Assembly: GCA_964463635.1 (NCBI GenBank)
Contig: CAYXCB010000002.1
Span: 1-62,260, forward strand
Direction of reading: 5' to 3'
DNA length: 62,260 bases
Source of the DNA: an uncultured Candidatus Saccharibacteria bacterium
GTDB lineage: Bacteria > Patescibacteriota > Saccharimonadia > Saccharimonadales > CAZARM01
The notes under the pieces are model-generated. The model made no database searches. It saw nothing but the letters and a program-made list of their open reading frames with translations, and had not been told where the DNA came from. Positions 57,341 to 62,260 of this stretch are shown here, piece by piece; positions within the stretch are counted from its first letter, which is position 1, and each line of letters opens with the position of its first letter. Position numbers and translations under genes: made by a program.

Positions 57341-59716
57341 CTAGAAATTATTTTTAAACAAAGCAAATGTGTTATCGCGGAACTTCTGCAAAGTCGGATT
57401 TGCTAGCACGCTTTTAATTGCTCTTTCAATTCGTTCCTTACCCCTAAGGGCCCGAAGCTTTTCATTGCCTTGCTTCATAAGTTTAATTCGTCTGTCGTCT
57501 TGATAACTTTTCGACTTGGCATGAAAAATATATGTATTTGTCGCAACAATCAAACCGAAACCGGCGTCTGTTGCCCTGAAGCAATAGTCATTCTCCTCGC
57601 CGTAACCACTAGGAAAACTCTTTTCGTCGAAATAGCCAACTTTATTAATAGTCTCGCGAGTTATGCCAAAGCAAAAGCCATGCACTAGCGGAACAAGAGG
57701 ATAAAATCCTGAAACCGACCATTCCTCGCAGTGTTTATTGATATCATCTGCATCGAGTCCATCTGGCAATTCGTTTGTAGCCGTTTGCGTAGCAGTGCCT
57801 ATATGGTTAGGTATCGACTGGTGGCTGGCTGCTGAAGAGAGAGGACCAACAATACCAGCACCTGGGGTTGAAAAAACTGCGTCCGCCATTTTTTCACTCC
57901 AGCTATCTGTAACAATCGTATCGCTATTTAGCAAGATTACCATTTCTCCGGTTGATGCTTTGAGGCCTTGATTGGCTGCCTTTGTATAGCCAGACGCAGA
58001 TTCGTTACGAAGTAATTTTACCCATTCACTATGCTTTTTTTGGAATTTCTGCAAAAAATTAGCTGTTGGGGCGTCTGAGCCATCATCGACAATTATTAAC
58101 TTCAAGTTCGGACTCTGGCGGTGTTTAACCACGCTCGAAAGGCAAATTTTAACATCTTCAAACGCATTGTGAACACAATAAACTACATCAATTTTGCAAT
58201 TCAGCTGAGCCTTGACCATCTTATTTTTCATGGAGGCAAAAGATGGTCCATTGTACGGATCAACCATCTTATTACTCAGTGCTTGATTCAAAATCGCGAC
58301 ACTTTTTTGCTTAATGGAATGGGGGACAAGCGTAAAAAGCGGGTGATTACGAGCGTTTTGGGGGCGTTTCATTATTTTGTGCCAGCTTATTTTATTCTGA
58401 TCAAGCGAGTAATTAAGGCTAAGCTGGTCTCTGCGCGTATGTTTATCAATTTCCGACCACCAGGTTGCAAAAAACCCTGGTAAACTGTTGTTCTTTAAGT
58501 CAAACATCATTATGTTGCTTTCAATGAGCTCGTTGGTGTCATACCTTAGGGTTCTGTAATGCTCGACCTGCTCTTTGAGTAGTCGTTCATCTTCTTTACT
58601 ATAAAAAACACACGCGTCAGCCTCTTGGTATATGGTATTCCTGATGGGGTGCTGTATGGCCCCGACTGGTTTTTTTGATTTCACAAAATCTGTAATCATC
58701 GGCGAAATGTCATCTGTGATTAAAATATTGGCATCTATCCAGATCGCTATGTCGTACCCTGCCAGCAATTGGTGGGGGTGGGTTTTCACATAGCGAGTCA
58801 TTCTTGGAGTATCAATATGATAGTAAGGCAAGGGCTTAATTTTAAATATTCCCGATTCGGGCGCTGCGTTATCGGTAAACAAAAAATAATCTACATTCGG
58901 CAAGAGGTTTTCAGGCAACTTAATAGTGTCATAACCTCCAGCGATAGCGGTATAGATAGCAATACCGGGGTTCTTACTGGCCTCGTTGTACTTATTTATG
59001 TATTTTTTATACTGGTCAATATTAATTAAGCGATTAATTACTGAAATATTGAATCTAGCTTCGTTGATGTACTCGAGTTTCGGACTACTTCTTTTAGAAT
59101 CGCTCGGAACAGACAGAAACAATTTGGCTCTTTTTTTCCGGGCCCTGGCTCTTAAAGTACGTATAGTTCTGCCGGGAAGCGAGTGCCTAAGAGGCAAATA
59201 GATTCTTTGGTAGATAAAAATTAGGAATTTGGTGATCAATATAAACAAAGGGCGGATAACAATTAACAACAGATTCGTCCGCCATTTCTTGGAATTTTTA
59301 ACCTTTTTGTAAACCTGGTGAACACGATGCTTTAAGGGTATTGGTTTGATAATGCTAACGGCCACCGTCTCTTTGACCCGAACTTCTTTTGCCTGCTCCC
59401 TTGCCAGGCCAAGCCCAAATGCACGTTCGGCAATTCTCCACATTTTGACGCGTGCCGAAAGCCTTGCTATATCGTAAAAGATTGTAGTTAAGTCAAAAGC
59501 TGTGATTCTATTTCTGACTCGGGATCTTAGAGTACGTATAGTTTTGCCCGGACGTGAACGTTTAATCGGTAAATAAACTTGTTGATAGCCAAAAATCAGA
59601 AACGCGATGGCTAATTTGAAAATAGGATGAACTATGACTAACAACGAATTTGTCTGCCATTTCTGGGAATTTTTAACTTTTTTGTAGTTTTTGTGCAACA
59701 GGTGCTTTGAGGTCAT
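57341..59716 (-). CDS. multidomain glycosyltransferase: duplicated N-terminal TM module + central DUF616/TOD1-like region + C-terminal GT2 domain
   Basis: 791 aa from MTSKHLL. The GT2 part reads KIDVVYCVHNAFEDVKICLSSVV...LIIVDDGSD...LLNSDT. Two ~65-aa N-terminal repeats (KVKNS[QK]KW[QR]TN...LP[IL][KR][RH]S[RL]PG[KR]TIRTLR[SA]R). Confidence 0.75.
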   Translation of the reverse strand: MTSKHLLHKNYKKVKNSQKWQTNSLLVIVHPIFKLAIAFLIFGYQQVYLPIKRSRPGKTIRTLRSRVRNRITAFDLTTIFYDIARLSARVKMWRIAERAFGLGLAREQAKEVRVKETVAVSIIKPIPLKHRVHQVYKKVKNSKKWRTNLLLIVIRPLFILITKFLIFIYQRIYLPLRHSLPGRTIRTLRARARKKRAKLFLSVPSDSKRSSPKLEYINEARFNISVINRLINIDQYKKYINKYNEASKNPGIAIYTAIAGGYDTIKLPENLLPNVDYFLFTDNAAPESGIFKIKPLPYYHIDTPRMTRYVKTHPHQLLAGYDIAIWIDANILITDDISPMITDFVKSKKPVGAIQHPIRNTIYQEADACVFYSKEDERLLKEQVEHYRTLRYDTNELIESNIMMFDLKNNSLPGFFATWWSEIDKHTRRDQLSLNYSLDQNKISWHKIMKRPQNARNHPLFTLVPHSIKQKSVAILNQALSNKMVDPYNGPSFASMKNKMVKAQLNCKIDVVYCVHNAFEDVKICLSSVVKHRQSPNLKLIIVDDGSDAPTANFLQKFQKKHSEWVKLLRNESASGYTKAANQGLKASTGEMVILLNSDTIVTDSWSEKMADAVFSTPGAGIVGPLSSAASHQSIPNHIGTATQTATNELPDGLDADDINKHCEEWSVSGFYPLVPLVHGFCFGITRETINKVGYFDEKSFPSGYGEENDYCFRATDAGFGLIVATNTYIFHAKSKSYQDDRRIKLMKQGNEKLRALRGKERIERAIKSVLANPTLQKFRDNTFALFKNNF

Positions 59717-59720
59717 TAGG

Positions 59721-60686
59721 TTACTCCGTACGTGACTCAAACCAGGCAATGGTTCGCTTTAGTCCCTCTTCGAATTTTACTCGGGGATCATAGCCTAGGA
59801 GTTCTTTGGCCTTAGAAATATCGGCGTGGGTATGTTTGACATCGCCCTTCCGCGGCGGGCGTTTCTCAAGCTCGAGTTTTTTGCCGGTGTATTTTTCAAT
59901 TAACTCCAGCACTTCATTAACCGTAGTTTTTTCTCCATGAGCTACATTTACAGCCTGGCCTTTGAAATTGCTTTCAGACTCCATGGCTGACATATTGGCC
60001 ATCACGACATTGTCGATATAGCAGAAATCCCTGGATTGAGTGCCATCGCCCTCGATAAAAGCTTGCTTCTTGTCGGGAAAATATAAAGCCTCTAGCCAAG
60101 CCGAAACCACTGTGGAATAGGGAGAGTCGCCATATTGACCAGGACCAAAAACGTTAAAGTAGCGCAAGCAAACGGTATCCATTCCGAACAGATCGCTAAA
60201 CACTCGGCAGAACGGTTCACCTACATATTTTTGGACAGCGTAAGGGGATTTGGGATCAGGAAAGTTTTCGGACTCTTTGGTAGGTAATTTCTTGGCGCCC
60301 CCGTAAACTGAGGAGGAAGAGGAGTAGATGAACCGTTTCACGCCGTGACTTCTGGCGGCTTCAAGCAAGGCAACCGTACCAATGATATTGACTTCACTGG
60401 TGAGCCGAGGCTGCTCAATTGAATAAGAAACTCGCGGCAACGCGGCGAAGTGGAAAACGTATTCTGGCTTATGGCTGGCAAAAAGCTTTTCAAGCAGCGC
60501 CCCATCTAGAATCGAACCTTCATAAAGTGTAACTGATAAGTCAACCTCGGCCTTTCGGCCAGTTGAAAAATCATCGATACCAATTATTTTTACCTGAGGG
60601 TATTTCTCTTTGACTTGACGAACGAAGTTGCTACCAATAAAACCCGCGCAGCCAGTTACTAAAATCGCCTTGGTGTCTGTCATCAA
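59721..60686 (-). CDS. NAD-dependent sugar-nucleotide epimerase/dehydratase (extended SDR)
   Basis: 321 aa. VTGCAGFIGSN Rossmann motif, SSSSSVYG, catalytic YAVQK (YxxxK). Confidence 0.88.
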   Translation of the reverse strand: MMTDTKAILVTGCAGFIGSNFVRQVKEKYPQVKIIGIDDFSTGRKAEVDLSVTLYEGSILDGALLEKLFASHKPEYVFHFAALPRVSYSIEQPRLTSEVNIIGTVALLEAARSHGVKRFIYSSSSSVYGGAKKLPTKESENFPDPKSPYAVQKYVGEPFCRVFSDLFGMDTVCLRYFNVFGPGQYGDSPYSTVVSAWLEALYFPDKKQAFIEGDGTQSRDFCYIDNVVMANMSAMESESNFKGQAVNVAHGEKTTVNEVLELIEKYTGKKLELEKRPPRKGDVKHTHADISKAKELLGYDPRVKFEEGLKRTIAWFESRTE

Positions 60687-60801
60687 ACTCCTAATCGCTT
60701 ACTAGCTCATAGTATAACCTAATCCACGGCCGCGCGTCCGACAGGCTACTTCCATTTTTATAACAGATAGAAGTAGCCTATAATACTGGCTTAGGCCAAC
60801 A

Positions 60802-61611
60802 ATGATATATAGAGTCTTATCAAAGAAAAATCGCGCCTTGCTCAGTGAAATGATCAGGACTGACTTCAAGCTACGCTACCAGAGTTCAGTTCTTGGCTAC
60901 CTATGGTCATTGCTGAAACCGCTGATGCTGTTTGCAATTCTGTATATTGTGTTCACAAAGTTTTTGAGGATTGGCCGTGATGTCCCAAACTACGCAATTT
61001 CGCTGCTGCTTGGAATAGTATTATGGAACTTCTTCGTGGAGGCTGCCTCAAATGCTCTCAAATCAATTGTCGGCCGGGGTAGTCTGATTCGCAAAATCAA
61101 TATTCCTCGATACCTCATCCCAGTTTCTGTTATCGCTTCGTCGTTTATTAATATGTTACTTAACCTGATAGTAGTGTTTATATTCGTGCTGTTTGCAAAA
61201 AATACGCCATTATCCTGGGAAACTCTTATTATTTTCCCATTACTTGTCATAGAATTAGTAATCGTAGCGGTTGCTGTCGGGTTTTTCTTATCCGCTCTCT
61301 TTGTTAAGTATCGAGATATAGAGCACATATGGGACATATTTAAACAAGCGCTCTTTTATACCATACCGATAATTTATCCGCTCACTATGATTCCATCCGT
61401 ACAAATACAAAAAATCCTCATACTTAATCCCATAGCTCAAATTATCCAGGATGCCCGAGCGGTTGTGACGTATGGGGGTACACCTCAAATTAGTGATCTC
61501 TATGTTAATCGGTTTGCCGTACTTTTGCCTTTTGGCCTCATTGCCGCGGCATTGATTATCAGTGCAGCCTACTTCAGGAAGCACTCCAAAAACTTTGCTG
61601 AGGATATATAA
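60802..61611 (+). CDS. ABC-2 type polysaccharide/teichoic-acid export permease (TagG/Wzm-like)
   Basis: 269 aa, six TM. N-terminus ...DFKLRYQSSVLGYLWSLLKPL... is typical of ABC-2 permeases. Confidence 0.85.
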   Translation: MIYRVLSKKNRALLSEMIRTDFKLRYQSSVLGYLWSLLKPLMLFAILYIVFTKFLRIGRDVPNYAISLLLGIVLWNFFVEAASNALKSIVGRGSLIRKINIPRYLIPVSVIASSFINMLLNLIVVFIFVLFAKNTPLSWETLIIFPLLVIELVIVAVAVGFFLSALFVKYRDIEHIWDIFKQALFYTIPIIYPLTMIPSVQIQKILILNPIAQIIQDARAVVTYGGTPQISDLYVNRFAVLLPFGLIAAALIISAAYFRKHSKNFAEDI

Positions 61612-61612
61612 G

Positions 61613-62260
61613 ATGACAATAAATAACAACGACATTGCAATCCGCATCCAGAATCTCAGCAAAAATTTCAAGTTGCCACACGAAAAACACCAATCTCTAA
61701 AAAGCTTGTTTCTAAATAGCTTTCGACACAAGAGCTATGAAGTCCAGCATGCCTTGCAAGACATTAGTTTTGAAATTAAGAAAGGCGAGTTTTTTGGTAT
61801 CGTCGGCCGCAACGGCAGCGGCAAAAGCACGTTATTGAAATGCATCGCAGGCGTTTATAACCCGACTAGCGGGAAGATAAATATCAACGGCAGCCTAGTG
61901 CCTTTTATTGAACTTGGTGTTGGTTTTAACCCCGAACTGACTGGCCGCGACAATGTTTTCCTGAACGGGGCTTTACTTGGCTTTAGCCGAAAACAGATAG
62001 AGGCCATGTACGATGACATAGTGGAATTTGCCGAACTAGAACAATTCATGGATCAAAAGCTCAAAAACTACTCTTCCGGCATGCAGGTCCGCCTAGCCTT
62101 TTCTATCGCAATCCGGGCTAATGGCGATATATTACTGCTTGATGAAGTTTTGGCTGTCGGTGATTCAGCTTTTCAGAGAAAATGTCTGGATTATTTCAAG
62201 GAGATAAAAAAATCAAACAAAACAGTTATCCTGGTTACGCACAGCATGGCCACCATAGAA
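61613..62260 (+). CDS. ABC exporter ATP-binding protein (TagH/Wzt-like), 3' end truncated by the window edge
   Basis: My own translation: MTINNNDIAIRIQNLSKNF...Walker A GRNGSGKSTLL, signature YSSGMQVRLAF, Walker B ILLLDEVLAVGD. The frame is open to position 62260. Confidence 0.88.
   Translation, partial: MTINNNDIAIRIQNLSKNFKLPHEKHQSLKSLFLNSFRHKSYEVQHALQDISFEIKKGEFFGIVGRNGSGKSTLLKCIAGVYNPTSGKININGSLVPFIELGVGFNPELTGRDNVFLNGALLGFSRKQIEAMYDDIVEFAELEQFMDQKLKNYSSGMQVRLAFSIAIRANGDILLLDEVLAVGDSAFQRKCLDYFKEIKKSNKTVILVTHSMATIE

Overview
This 62.3-kb window looks like the replication-origin neighbourhood of a small monoderm-type genome. Gene content suggests Patescibacteria/CPR, Saccharimonadia-like, but that is inference from protein signatures with no search run.

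Core genes:
- groES-groEL with a CIRCE operator
- a MurE-like ligase, tsaD, valS, a HIT protein, comFC and hsp20
- recF-dnaN-dnaA facing rpmH-rnpA-yidC-jag, with DnaA-box clusters on both sides of dnaA
- four tRNAs: Ser-CGA, Arg-GCG, Ser-GCU, Ser-UGA
- a cell-envelope glycan cluster at the 3' end (GT4, GT2, a Wzy/O-antigen-ligase-like protein, an epimerase, and a TagG/TagH-like ABC exporter that is truncated by the window edge)

Accessory content:
1. An ~18-kb Gram-positive-style type IV secretion-like locus (25.3-43.7 kb). It has six tandem pilin paralogs, a 1090-aa VirB6-like protein ending in a phage tail-spike intramolecular-chaperone (peptidase S74-like) domain, a PrgI/VirB3-like protein, a VirB4 ATPase and two multi-domain peptidoglycan hydrolases. 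No relaxase or coupling ATPase is present in the window.
2. Four copies of a four-helix-bundle ('23S rRNA intervening-sequence protein') ORF, each bracketed by inverted arrays of degenerate ~7-nt tandem repeats. Two copies sit inside the T4SS operon and one sits between dnaN and recF. An ORF-less array pair lies in the valS leader.
3. A vapBC module inserted at the recF 3' end, flanked by 79-bp direct repeats of the recF terminus.
4. Two tRNA genes (Arg, Ser-GCU), each followed by a terminator, a conserved 58-nt module, and an exact 18-nt copy of that tRNA's own 3' end (positions 59-76).
5. A tail-fibre-like/lectin-like/GH30-like operon at the 5' edge, plus a 5' remnant of a paralog after valS.
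6. Three type II TA modules in total, several probably leaderless genes, a palindromic GTCCGATCGGAC element family, and an intergenic repeat family with conserved ends.

All functional calls come from motifs read in the supplied translations. No database search was run.
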